NCBI GenBank assembly: GCA_043801855.1
Contig: JAZDLQ010000098.1
Location: forward strand, 2,356-66,355
Reading direction: 5' to 3'
DNA from: an archaeon
Lineage (GTDB): Archaea > Nanobdellota > Nanobdellia > Woesearchaeales > GW2011-AR15
DNA: 64,000 nucleotides
Within the stretch, counting starts at the first letter, position 1. Each line of letters opens with the position of its first letter. The notes under the pieces were generated by a model. It did no database searches and was not told the origin of the DNA. It worked only from the letters and a program-made list of their open reading frames with translations. The position numbers and the translations under genes are program-made. Below, piece after piece: positions 18,767-27,544 of this stretch.

Positions 18767-19319
18767 TTTTAAAAACAACACATCTACTTAAAAAAATCCT
18801 TGGATATTCAATCGTACTAAAGCCAATAGTATTTGCTTTTCGAACCAATTCTTTAAATTCAGATTCACTAATCTTAAAATTTGGCTCAGCAATAAATAAT
18901 ATTGCATCCTTTTTTAGCATATGCCTTATATCACTTAAGAATTTTTTCGTATTATCTAATTCGTGAATAACATAAAAAGCAATAACCATGTCAACTTTTT
19001 CAGAAACACCAATATCTGTTGCGCTGCTTTTATGTAAGACTATTATTTTTTCAATTATATTTCCGGATATTTTCTTTTTTATGATATCAAGCATTTCCTG
19101 CTGAAAATCAACAGCAATTACCTTGCCGTTTTTTCCAACCAGTTTTGCAATTTCAAGAGTAAAAAAACCAGGTCCGCAGCCAAAATCCATTACTGTCATA
19201 CATTCTTTAACATATTTTCCAAGTATCTTTTTTGGATTTTGAAATATCTTTCTTACAAAGCTGTCCAAAGAGTTATGCTTTTTGAAATGAAACACCCTGT
19301 TTTCAGGCTGAATGTTCAT
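18759..19319 (-). CDS. Class I SAM-dependent methyltransferase
   Basis: Motif I 'VMDFGCGPGFFT', 186 aa. Confidence 0.75.
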   Translation of the reverse strand: MNIQPENRVFHFKKHNSLDSFVRKIFQNPKKILGKYVKECMTVMDFGCGPGFFTLEIAKLVGKNGKVIAVDFQQEMLDIIKKKISGNIIEKIIVLHKSSATDIGVSEKVDMVIAFYVIHELDNTKKFLSDIRHMLKKDAILFIAEPNFKISESEFKELVRKANTIGFSTIEYPRIFLSRCVVFKNG

Positions 19320-19325
19320 TTTGTT

Positions 19326-19649
19326 TTACCCAAACGTCAAAAGCTTATCTGATTTTTCAACAAGATCCATTAAGTCCTGCATAGTTGATATTGGGCAGAC
19401 ATTGCTTTCTTTTTTTTGCCTTATCTTAAGGCAGCTGCCGCATGCCAAAATGTTTCCTTTATTTTTATAGAATGACTCAATTTGCTCTTTTACATTAAAT
19501 TTTTTGCCACTTATTTCTTCTGCTTCAACACCCTCTCCCAATAAAAAAATGCTTGTTTCATGCCCTTTCTTAATGGAAAAATTCCCAAACCTGAATGCAT
19601 TGTATGCTTTTTCTTCATCTTTTGTGTTTAGTATAATTCCTATTTTCAT
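19326..19649 (-). CDS. DsrE/DsrF-like small protein
   Basis: 'MKIGIILNT...AFRFGN...IFLLGEGV...ILACGSCL'. ATG 19649 is preceded by GAGGT. Confidence 0.55.
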   Translation of the reverse strand: MKIGIILNTKDEEKAYNAFRFGNFSIKKGHETSIFLLGEGVEAEEISGKKFNVKEQIESFYKNKGNILACGSCLKIRQKKESNVCPISTMQDLMDLVEKSDKLLTFG

Positions 19650-19650
19650 T

Positions 19651-20421
19651 TTAAACCTCAATTATTTTTCCTGAATAAAGCTGCTCTCCGCCAATAGAAT
19701 TAATAATAGCTTTTATTGCCTTATCTCCTGTGCAGTGACCTGGAAATACTTTTGCAACACCCTGTTTCTTTAATTCTTCAATTGTATTTTTAATCTCTTT
19801 TTCAGTAAACTTACTCATATGAAATCCGCCTATAATTATTATCTTATTTTCATTAAAAAACTGCTTAGCATACTTAACAATATTAATAATGCCTGAATGT
19901 GCACATCCTGTAATAATCAATAATTTTTTCTTATCTCTTATTACCAGAGCAGTATCATCTATTAAAAAATCATCATAAGCCATATTGTCTTTTATGTAAT
20001 AACCAAGGCTTGCCTTTCTTTCACCAGGAATTGTTCCTAGAAAAATGCAGCTCTCAGTTAGCCAGACAGGTTCATCATTAAAATCAATCTCTGAATCAGT
20101 TTTATCTATAGGAAACCCAATATATCTTTCACCAGCATACTTGGGAAGAATTGAATCTGGGTGTGCAATAATTTTTAAATTCTTATTAAGAGGAAATGAA
20201 GAAAATCCGCCTGTATGGTCATAGTGCCCGTGACTGAAAACAAGATAATTTATATCACTTAAACCAATATTAAGTTTCTTGGCATTCCGTAAAAACATGC
20301 TGCTTTGGCTTAAGTCAAACATGATTTTTTTATTGTTGATTTCAAAGTAAACTGATAGTCCATGTTCTGACTCAAAACTATTCTCTTTTTTTGTATCTTC
20401 TACAATTATAATTATTTTCAT
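19651..20421 (-). CDS. MBL-fold metallo-hydrolase (paralog of 17114-17896)
   Basis: 'FSHGHYDHTGG' and 'GCAHSG'. Confidence 0.75.
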   Translation of the reverse strand: MKIIIIVEDTKKENSFESEHGLSVYFEINNKKIMFDLSQSSMFLRNAKKLNIGLSDINYLVFSHGHYDHTGGFSSFPLNKNLKIIAHPDSILPKYAGERYIGFPIDKTDSEIDFNDEPVWLTESCIFLGTIPGERKASLGYYIKDNMAYDDFLIDDTALVIRDKKKLLIITGCAHSGIINIVKYAKQFFNENKIIIIGGFHMSKFTEKEIKNTIEELKKQGVAKVFPGHCTGDKAIKAIINSIGGEQLYSGKIIEV

Positions 20422-20481
20422 TTTACAAATGTTTTATTTTGATTGATATGCTCATTTTTCCAATATTTTCATAACATAACT

Positions 20482-21276
20482 TCAATACTTTTTGTTGATA
20501 TATGGGCATTTAGCTTTTTTGATTTTATCATCCAAAACCGCTCGAATGAATTCATTACATGTCCTGAATCCACATCTTCCGCAATTTAAATTAGGCACCA
20601 AATTTTTTAATTGTTTTCCTGCTAATGCTCTTTGCCGTTCTTTATCATCATTAACTATCTTATTCCCGTAACAATACCCACAAAGCGCTGAAGGCATGGA
20701 ATATTTTAGAGTAAACTTTCTAGTTTTAACATGAGAAGATGCCCTGATAAACTCTGCGATATCAATAACACCTTCTCCTGTCAGTCCGTTTACCTCTGTT
20801 AATCTTGCTTTGGCATTGACTTTCATAACTTTTGTCCTAAAAATTTCCCTTTCTGCTTGGGAAACTAAATCACCTTTGGCAATAGCCACAATATCTGCTT
20901 GCGTTAAGATCGGCCCATAGCCAGACGGGTTGCCTGAAGTAATATCCAAAACATTTACACCAATCCCTTCTTTAACATAAGGCGAGCAACGAAGACATAG
21001 ACCGGCTGTCTCCAAAATAATAATATCTGCATTTTGATTTTCCCTAATAATTTTAGGAATTTCCAAAGCAGTATAATGGTCAGGACAAATCTCTCCTGCT
21101 AATTTCTTAACAGTGGGGATTTTAAATTCTTTAGCAATGCGCATATCATCAGATGTTTGCAAACAATCAAATTTGGCAAAAAATAATTTAAAATCGTTTT
21201 TTAATTCTCGAACTACATATTTAATCAAACTTGTTTTACCTGCGCCTGGTGTGCCTGCAAAAATAACAAATTTCAT
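20482..21276 (-). CDS. G3E-like P-loop NTPase fused to a C-terminal 4-Cys Fe-S domain
   Basis: Walker A 'GTPGAGKTS', 'LETAGLCLRCSP' and 'AKGDLV' (HypB/UreG/CobW-like). C-terminus 'CGRCGFRTCNEFIRAV...KCPY' resembles the RnfB/CdhD-type Fe-S domain. Confidence 0.6.
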   Translation of the reverse strand: MKFVIFAGTPGAGKTSLIKYVVRELKNDFKLFFAKFDCLQTSDDMRIAKEFKIPTVKKLAGEICPDHYTALEIPKIIRENQNADIIILETAGLCLRCSPYVKEGIGVNVLDITSGNPSGYGPILTQADIVAIAKGDLVSQAEREIFRTKVMKVNAKARLTEVNGLTGEGVIDIAEFIRASSHVKTRKFTLKYSMPSALCGYCYGNKIVNDDKERQRALAGKQLKNLVPNLNCGRCGFRTCNEFIRAVLDDKIKKAKCPYINKKY

Positions 21277-22073
21277 GGTTTCTCACTCATTTTAATTGGT
21301 TTACAAAATAAATGTACTTCTTTAATTTTTTCCCCTCTCCTTATTCTTTCTCTTATCTCCAAACTATAATTTTCAACCCAGTTAAGATAACAAGCGATGC
21401 CTTTTTCTTTTATGGCAGTATTTAAAACCTTAACGATTCCCCCGTTCTTGATAATAACCCTCCTATTAGTATCTAGTGCCAAAGAAGGGTCATGTGTTAC
21501 TATCAATATAATTTTTCCTTCCTGCACCAGAATTTTAATCGCTTTTTCTTTTTTTATACCTGCATTTTCTATTTCATCGATTAAAACAATCGGAGATGTG
21601 CTAATGTTTGCCACATCAGAAACCATTAATGCTCTGCTTTGCCCTCCTGATAAATGCAATAAATTCATTTTAGGATGAATCGGCTCACCTGTAATTTCGT
21701 TAGCTTCTTTTATCACCCGGCTAAGTAAATCTTTAGATGCTTTTTTGCCTCGGGATTCTAAATGCAGCCTTAAAAAATCTTCAACAGACATATCAGTCAA
21801 AAAATTCATGCTTTGGGCCAATGACGCAATCAATTTTCTTTTTGGGTCGAACCTTATTTCTTTATCGGGGATTTTATCGTCAACTAAAATTTGGCGCCTG
21901 CTTTTAGTGTCTTTTTGAGCCAATCTCTCTATATCATAAAGAAGCTGGCTTTTTCCTGCGCCGGTGTAGCCAACAATTGCAATAATTTCTCCTCTTTTAA
22001 TATCAATTCTTTTGAATTTTTCCTTTTCGCCAAACTTATTTAGGCCAGGCAAGATTGTAATTTTTTTGATCAT
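21273..22073 (-). CDS. ABC-type ATPase without adjacent permease
   Basis: Walker A 'GYTGAGKSQL', signature 'LSGGQSRAL', Walker B 'VLIDEIE' and H-loop 'VTHD'. ATG 22073 overlaps the ferredoxin stop (ATGA). Confidence 0.7.
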   Translation of the reverse strand: MIKKITILPGLNKFGEKEKFKRIDIKRGEIIAIVGYTGAGKSQLLYDIERLAQKDTKSRRQILVDDKIPDKEIRFDPKRKLIASLAQSMNFLTDMSVEDFLRLHLESRGKKASKDLLSRVIKEANEITGEPIHPKMNLLHLSGGQSRALMVSDVANISTSPIVLIDEIENAGIKKEKAIKILVQEGKIILIVTHDPSLALDTNRRVIIKNGGIVKVLNTAIKEKGIACYLNWVENYSLEIRERIRRGEKIKEVHLFCKPIKMSEKP

Positions 22074-22264
22074 AACACTTTCTCCAGTATGGAATCGAAT
22101 GGACAAGCTTTTTTGCATAATCCGCACTTACCGCATTTTTTTTGATCTATGTTTGCTCTTCCATCTTTTTCAATTTTAATAGCATGGTTAGGACAGACCC
22201 TAATACAAGCTCCACACCCGGCACATGTTAATTTGTTAATTTTATATAGTTTCATTTTTGTCAT
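22070..22264 (-). CDS. 2x[4Fe-4S] ferredoxin
   Basis: 'CAGCGACIRVCP' and 'CGKCGLCKKACP', 64 aa. Confidence 0.8.
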   Translation of the reverse strand: MTKMKLYKINKLTCAGCGACIRVCPNHAIKIEKDGRANIDQKKCGKCGLCKKACPFDSILEKVL

Positions 22265-22608
22265 TGTGATTTGTTTGTCAGTAAATTTTTATCAAGCCAC
22301 ATCTTAACTTTTTCTTCTGGCATAACACCAATAAATTCATCAGCAAAAATTCCGTTCTTAAACATTTTAATACAAGGAATGCTCATTATCTTAAATTCAC
22401 GCGCCTTGCCCTTATGCTCTTCAACATTTATCTTTGCAAGAATGAATTTTCCACAGTATTCTTCAGCAAGAGCCTCTAAAACAGGGCTGAGCGCCTGGCA
22501 TGGGACACACCACGGGGCCCAAAAATCAACAACAACAGGAATTTCCCTGGATTTTTCAATTACTTCTTTTTCAAAATTTTCATCATTTACTTCTATTTCA
22601 TAATTCAT
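22261..22608 (-). CDS. trxA: Thioredoxin
   Basis: 'VDFWAPWCVPCQALSP', 115 aa. Confidence 0.85.
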   Translation of the reverse strand: MNYEIEVNDENFEKEVIEKSREIPVVVDFWAPWCVPCQALSPVLEALAEEYCGKFILAKINVEEHKGKAREFKIMSIPCIKMFKNGIFADEFIGVMPEEKVKMWLDKNLLTNKSQ

Positions 22609-22651
22609 ATTTAATCCCTCGTTACAATAATGGTTTTATTTATAGTTTTAT

Positions 22652-23854
22652 TTACCCCAATGTCAATAGTTCTGGTTTTATTAACAAAATTATACCAAGC
22701 ACAAGCATTAATCCTCCTGATATAAGCTTTAATATCTTCCCTTCTTTCTCACCTATTTTTTTCCTGCCAAGCGTCACTGTAAAAATTCCAACAACAACTG
22801 CCAGCGGAATAATATATACAAAGTTGTAGAGCGCCAGGTATAGGTAATATGCATAATGAGGAAGGTTTCTAAGAGTAAGAACCCTTGTATAAATGGCAGG
22901 AAATCCTGCTGTGCACAATAGCTCAAAAGTATTGGCAGTAAATGCAAGGACAATTGTTCCAAAAATTATTCCTATAATATTCTGCTCGTTTACAAGCGAT
23001 CTCATTTTCTGGAACAGCTTAGGCTTTGCTGAGTCTGGTATTGTAAGAGAGATTCCTTTTTTAAAAAAGAAAAAATCCTTTACATTTATCAGGCCTGCAA
23101 TTATTGCTAAAAGAGCAATTATCACTCTTAGGATATTTACATATTGAACAATAAGGAAAAAATTAAGCCAGGCTGACATGAATAGAAAATATAATATGCC
23201 TGAAGTGAGCACAAAAATCCCGCCAATTAATGCCATCTTTTTTCTTGATTTTGCATGGATTAATAATGTGAGCAAAAAGCATAATACCCAAATTGCGCAA
23301 GGATTAAATCCATCAAGGCCGCCCATTATTATTGTAAAGAGAGGCAGGCCTATTTTTGAAGTGTCAACAGAACCCAACAATGGAAGATTTATTAGATTTG
23401 GTTCAACAGGCATATTATTGCTCTGTTCAGTGCAGTCTCCTTTTGTTTCGCTTTCTATTTTATTAATTTCAAGCTTTTCTATTGGACTCTTGCATTCAGA
23501 GGAAGCGCAATTCTCAATTTCTCTTATAATTTCAGCGCCAGTTGTTTCTGCATTGCCATAACCTGTTATGTATTTATCTCCTATAAAAGTCATTGGCACA
23601 CCCATTGGGCTTGTTCCATAAGCAGCAGCCAGCTCTCCGAATAGTTTTGCGTTGGTGCTATTCTCGTAAACCTCATATTCATGTATTACAAGATTTGGAT
23701 AATTAGTTGTAATTGAATTAAGAAACTCTTTTTCTGCATTGCAATGCGGGCATGTTTTGCCATAAAAAATAAACAGGTCAACACTGCTCTGTGCAACTGC
23801 AACTTCAAATGAAAAAATTAACAATACACCCAGTAGTGCAAATTTCCAATTCAA
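22652..23854 (-). CDS. Exported thioredoxin-fold domain fused to a CcdA/DsbD-like transmembrane thiol-electron conduit
   Basis: Signal peptide, 'FYGKTCPHCNAEKEF' (CPHC), then about 6 TM helices with 'GGLDGFNPCAIWVL'. Confidence 0.7.
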   Translation of the reverse strand: MNWKFALLGVLLIFSFEVAVAQSSVDLFIFYGKTCPHCNAEKEFLNSITTNYPNLVIHEYEVYENSTNAKLFGELAAAYGTSPMGVPMTFIGDKYITGYGNAETTGAEIIREIENCASSECKSPIEKLEINKIESETKGDCTEQSNNMPVEPNLINLPLLGSVDTSKIGLPLFTIIMGGLDGFNPCAIWVLCFLLTLLIHAKSRKKMALIGGIFVLTSGILYFLFMSAWLNFFLIVQYVNILRVIIALLAIIAGLINVKDFFFFKKGISLTIPDSAKPKLFQKMRSLVNEQNIIGIIFGTIVLAFTANTFELLCTAGFPAIYTRVLTLRNLPHYAYYLYLALYNFVYIIPLAVVVGIFTVTLGRKKIGEKEGKILKLISGGLMLVLGIILLIKPELLTLG

Positions 23855-23874
23855 TTAAATCACCTAGATAGCTT

Positions 23875-24609
23875 TTAGTGCTTGTGCCCACAGCTTTGTG
23901 TCTGGTTGTCCAGTTTATCAAAGTTTTTTATTGCGTCCCCTACAGTATTATATTGCCCTGTTTTAAGCGACAATCCTTTTTGCTGTATAATTCCAATAGC
24001 CCTTCCGCCTATTCCCTTTGCAAAGATTGTGGTTGGGTGTACAGCTTCCTCAATCTGGTCTATTGGGGATTTGGTTGGGTCTTCATGGTCAAGATTATTC
24101 TCAATGATTTCCAGCTTTTCTTTTTCAACATCATACACACCAAAAAATGGTGCATGCCCAAAATGGTCTGAAATTGTTGAGTTCATTCCATTATCTTCAA
24201 GTAAGGGGAAGAACACTCTTTCACTAGATGATTCTTTAGCTTTTATTAGTCCACTATGTGCCTCAGATACTTCGCTTATCTCTTCAAGTTTGTTTTGTAA
24301 AAAATTATCTATTGCTTCCTGTATAGTGCCTGCTCCATGATATGCAGTAATTTCAAGTTCTCTTAAAACATCAGTTGCATTAGGCCCAAGGCTTCCTGTG
24401 ATGACTGCATTTACTCCTAAATTGCCTAACTGCTTTGCAGCAGCAATCCCTGCCCCATGCCCTTGTATTGAGCCTTCGTTTGCCACTGCTTGCGTGCTTT
24501 TTATTTTATTATCTTCAATTTCTGCTATTACAAAATACCTGCACCTTCCAAATCTCTGGTCAATGTTGCCATCAATACTATTTTCATTTGAACTTATTGC
24601 TATTTTCAT
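23875..24609 (-). CDS. Tandem NifX/NifB-C-like domain protein
   Basis: Two copies of the family pattern ('MKIAISSNE...QRFGRCRYFVI', '...ISDHFGHAPFFGVYD'). ATG 24609. The ORF-track start 24624 is a TTG extension. Confidence 0.7.
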   Translation of the reverse strand: MKIAISSNENSIDGNIDQRFGRCRYFVIAEIEDNKIKSTQAVANEGSIQGHGAGIAAAKQLGNLGVNAVITGSLGPNATDVLRELEITAYHGAGTIQEAIDNFLQNKLEEISEVSEAHSGLIKAKESSSERVFFPLLEDNGMNSTISDHFGHAPFFGVYDVEKEKLEIIENNLDHEDPTKSPIDQIEEAVHPTTIFAKGIGGRAIGIIQQKGLSLKTGQYNTVGDAIKNFDKLDNQTQSCGHKH

Positions 24610-24785
24610 TTTTGTTTCCTCCAATTTAAGATTATTAAAAATACTACAAAAACTATAAAGAATAATGCTGTTCCCAGATACGCAAAAAAATTAGTCTCTG
24701 GCTCCGGAAAAAAAAATAATGTAACAATCCCAATTATGATAACTGCAGGGACAATGACAACAGGAATCAAAAAATTATTTTTCAT
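24606..24785 (-). CDS. Small 2-TM membrane protein (59 aa), not in the supplied ORF track
   Basis: My translation: MKNNFLIPVVIVPAVIIIGIVTLFFFPEPETNFFAYLGTALFFIVFVVFLIILNWRKQK*. Its TGA overlaps the ATG of the downstream gene (ATGA at 24606-24609). Confidence 0.4.
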   Translation of the reverse strand: MKNNFLIPVVIVPAVIIIGIVTLFFFPEPETNFFAYLGTALFFIVFVVFLIILNWRKQK

Positions 24786-24817
24786 TTATTGCACATCTTT
24801 TAAAGCATAAGCCAACC

Positions 24818-25102
24818 TTATTCTCCTACTTCCTCTTTAATTTCTTCTGCTCCTTTTTTTAATTCTTCTGCCTGCTGTTTATCTCTATTCAAAAGCAGCG
24901 TTTGGAATTCTCCGACATGCGTTTTTTCTTCTTTAGCAATATCTAATAAAATCTTTCTGATATTTGGGTCACTGGCATAAGCAGCCATCTGCTCATACAT
25001 ATTAATTGCATCAAGTTCAGCTATGATTCCTGCCCTTAATATTTCTTTATCAATATCTTCTTTGCCTATCTTATCCAATCGAATTGGTATATTTGACATC
25101 AT
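24818..25102 (-). CDS. Small ferritin-like protein (encapsulated-ferritin/EncFtn-like fold)
   Basis: 'AELDAINMYEQMA...ILLDIAKEEKTHVGEFQTLL' is the two-helix ExxH/E di-iron half-site pattern I associate with EncFtn-type proteins. Confidence 0.5.
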   Translation of the reverse strand: MMSNIPIRLDKIGKEDIDKEILRAGIIAELDAINMYEQMAAYASDPNIRKILLDIAKEEKTHVGEFQTLLLNRDKQQAEELKKGAEEIKEEVGE

Positions 25103-25105
25103 TTT

Positions 25106-25300
25106 TTATTCACCTAGCTCCTTAATTTTTTCAAGAACATTTTTTGTAATTTTAATTACACTACTATTTTTTACTTCTTTATGGGTCCCTTCTTCAGTGT
25201 AGAAAAATTTATCAGAGGGCTTTGAATTTGCAAGAGTCCTCACACAAGTCAACTCACCATTTTCCTTAAATCCATATTTTAACCAAAATTCTTCGTTCAT
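25106..25300 (-). CDS. Hypothetical protein (64 aa)
   Basis: Intact ORF with a 4-nt overlap with the upstream MTase gene and 3 nt before the downstream gene. Confidence 0.4.
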   Translation of the reverse strand: MNEEFWLKYGFKENGELTCVRTLANSKPSDKFFYTEEGTHKEVKNSSVIKITKNVLEKIKELGE

Positions 25301-25881
25301 TTTTGTTCCTCCATTTTTTCACAGACATAAGTATTCATTGTCTTTCTTTCAAGAACACTTACTTTGCTTTTTTCTTTTAGCAGTCCATGCAATAACTCCA
25401 AATTAAGAATCATCTTTCTATGATTTTCTTCAGGATGGATAAATTCATCAAATGCTTTAGCTCCGGTTTCATTAAGTTCTGTAATTACAACTTTTTTTTT
25501 TGAAACACGAAACATCTCAGATACAATTTTTTTATAGTCTCCTCTACAATGATGCAATGCATTAAAAGACATAACAACATCAAAACTATTGTTTGGATAA
25601 GGCATTTGAGTTGCATCTGCAATGGTAAATGTGATTTTATCTAGGACATTTTCTTTTCTGGCATTTTCCTTAGCCTGCATAATCTTTTCTTCACAATTGT
25701 CAATAGCTGTTACAAGGCAATTGTATTCTTTTGCTGCCAGTATTGCTATATGTCCAAAACCTGTCCCAACATCAAGGATTTTGCTGTTTTTTAGTCTTGC
25801 AAATCTTAATACTTCCATCCTATCCTTAACTGGATCGTAATAGTCATATTTCTGTAATAGTTTTTTTATGTATTCTTTCAT
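25297..25881 (-). CDS. Class I SAM-dependent methyltransferase
   Basis: Motif I 'ILDVGTGFGHIA', 194 aa. Confidence 0.75.
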   Translation of the reverse strand: MKEYIKKLLQKYDYYDPVKDRMEVLRFARLKNSKILDVGTGFGHIAILAAKEYNCLVTAIDNCEEKIMQAKENARKENVLDKITFTIADATQMPYPNNSFDVVMSFNALHHCRGDYKKIVSEMFRVSKKKVVITELNETGAKAFDEFIHPEENHRKMILNLELLHGLLKEKSKVSVLERKTMNTYVCEKMEEQK

Positions 25882-25938
25882 TTCTAAGTATCACTAATTA
25901 TTGGAATATTCTGGCTAAAAATAAAAAAAATGCCAAGG

Positions 25939-26259
25939 TTACTGTTTGGCTTGCTCAATTCTTTTTTTTATTTCTTCTTTTTCAGCTAGCAGGTTTTTTT
26001 CTTCCTGCTCTAGTGCATTTAATCTTTGTTCAAGATATGCTTTTTCATTTATTGGCTGGCCTGTGAAATTTTGCTGCTGGAAAAAGCCTGTCTGCCTAAA
26101 TCCATACCCTCTACCGGCACCCCTGCCAAAACCGCCGCCGTTTCCCATACCTCTTCTAAAAAAACCTCTTCCCATAGGCCTAGGCATTTGGCCGCTTTCC
26201 CATAATGGCGTGCACCATCCGCCTGTTCCCATAGGTCCTGTTCCATCTCCGTTTGGCAT
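25939..26259 (-). CDS. DUF5320-like protein (Gly/Arg-rich N-terminus + coiled coil)
   Basis: 'MPNGDGTGPMGTGG...GRGFFRRGMGNGGGFGRGAGRGYG', then 'LEQRLNALEQEEKNLLAEKEEIKKRIEQ'. Confidence 0.6.
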   Translation of the reverse strand: MPNGDGTGPMGTGGWCTPLWESGQMPRPMGRGFFRRGMGNGGGFGRGAGRGYGFRQTGFFQQQNFTGQPINEKAYLEQRLNALEQEEKNLLAEKEEIKKRIEQAKQ

Positions 26260-26307
26260 TTTCGTTTTCCTCCTTGTTGGTTTAATTTATAAGTATATTC
26301 TAATATT

Positions 26308-27381
26308 TTAACCTCTTGCCATTCCACTTTTGCATTTTGGACAAATCATGCTTGAACAAGGCAATCCTCTTTTGTGTTCTGTTTCATATCCACATTTTAC
26401 ACAGATACACTTACCTCCTGGTCCAAATCCCTTTGCTTCCTGTATTTTCTCAACAAATTTACCTTTCCTTTGCCATCCAAAACTCCTGCCTATTTTTATT
26501 CCTGAAATTAATTCTCTCGGCTGATAATAGCTGTTTTCTAAATCATGAGATATTATTTGGATCGCAGCATATCGAAGATTTGAAATCCCTTTGATTAATT
26601 TCATCTGTAAATCGGATGAAATTTTGCTTGCTTCTTCTACGCTTAATGATTTTTCAAGTTTAATTATTATATTTGCTGTTATTACAGAACCTTTTTTCTG
26701 GGTTTTAAGTTCAGAAAATTCAATGTTCTCTTCTTGAATTATTTTTTTTATCTTATTCTCGATATCTTCTCCTGCAGTTACATCAAGCAATGAATCCATT
26801 GCTTCCTTGCCTAAACCAATGGACTCATAAATTAAGTATAATCCAATGATTAAAGCCAACAAAGGATCTGAATAAGGAAATAAGGGTATTAATAGCAATC
26901 CAGCAAACACTGCTAGTGAAGACACCACATCAATTCTAGAGTGAACACCATCTGCTATGAGAGATAGTGATTGCTCTTTTTTTCCATGATGCATTTTTAT
27001 TCTTGCCATAATCTCATTAACAATTGCAGAAAAAGCCATTATTCCAATTGCAGGAAAACTTAATTCTATTAACTTTGGATTAATAAATCCCAGATATGAG
27101 TTATATATTATCCATAAGCCTGTCCCAAATAAAATAATTGTTATCAATAATCCAGATAAAACCTCAAATTTATAGTGGCCATAGGGATGCTTTTTATCTG
27201 CCGGCTTTTTTGCTTCCCTAATTCCCAAGAAACTGAATCCAGAAGAGATAATATCTATTGCTGAATGTATTCCTTCAGCAAAAACTGCAGAGCTTCTGCT
27301 GATTAAACCAATTGTAACTTTAGACAAAGCTAAGATTACATTTGCCAATACTGCAACTATAGATACTTGCTCTTTATTCAT
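26308..27381 (-). CDS. Cation diffusion facilitator (CDF) metal exporter with C-terminal zinc-ribbon extension
   Basis: Six TM helices with 'HSAIDIISS' and 'HSRIDVVSS' (HxxxD sites), a cytoplasmic CTD, then the extra tail 'GFGPGGKCICVKCGYETEHKRGLPCSSMICPKCKSGMARG'. Confidence 0.8.
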   Translation of the reverse strand: MNKEQVSIVAVLANVILALSKVTIGLISRSSAVFAEGIHSAIDIISSGFSFLGIREAKKPADKKHPYGHYKFEVLSGLLITIILFGTGLWIIYNSYLGFINPKLIELSFPAIGIMAFSAIVNEIMARIKMHHGKKEQSLSLIADGVHSRIDVVSSLAVFAGLLLIPLFPYSDPLLALIIGLYLIYESIGLGKEAMDSLLDVTAGEDIENKIKKIIQEENIEFSELKTQKKGSVITANIIIKLEKSLSVEEASKISSDLQMKLIKGISNLRYAAIQIISHDLENSYYQPRELISGIKIGRSFGWQRKGKFVEKIQEAKGFGPGGKCICVKCGYETEHKRGLPCSSMICPKCKSGMARG

Positions 27382-27382
27382 A

Positions 27383-27532
27383 TTATCCTCTTGTCATTGG
27401 GCTTCCACACATTGGGCATTTTACAGAATAACATGGAATTCCTCTCTGATGTGGAATTTTATGTCCGCATTTGGAACAAACACATTCTCCTCCTGGTCCC
27501 ATTCCAAATCCACCTTCTTTACCCCTAGGCAT
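27383..27532 (-). CDS. Small zinc-ribbon protein (49 aa), not in the supplied ORF track
   Basis: My translation: MPRGKEGGFGMGPGGECVCSKCGHKIPHQRGIPCYSVKCPMCGSPMTRG*. It fills the gap between Mrp and CDF exactly (1 nt from the CDF ATG) and is paralogous to the CDF C-terminal tail. Confidence 0.55.
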   Translation of the reverse strand: MPRGKEGGFGMGPGGECVCSKCGHKIPHQRGIPCYSVKCPMCGSPMTRG

Positions 27533-27544
27533 TTTCACTCACCT

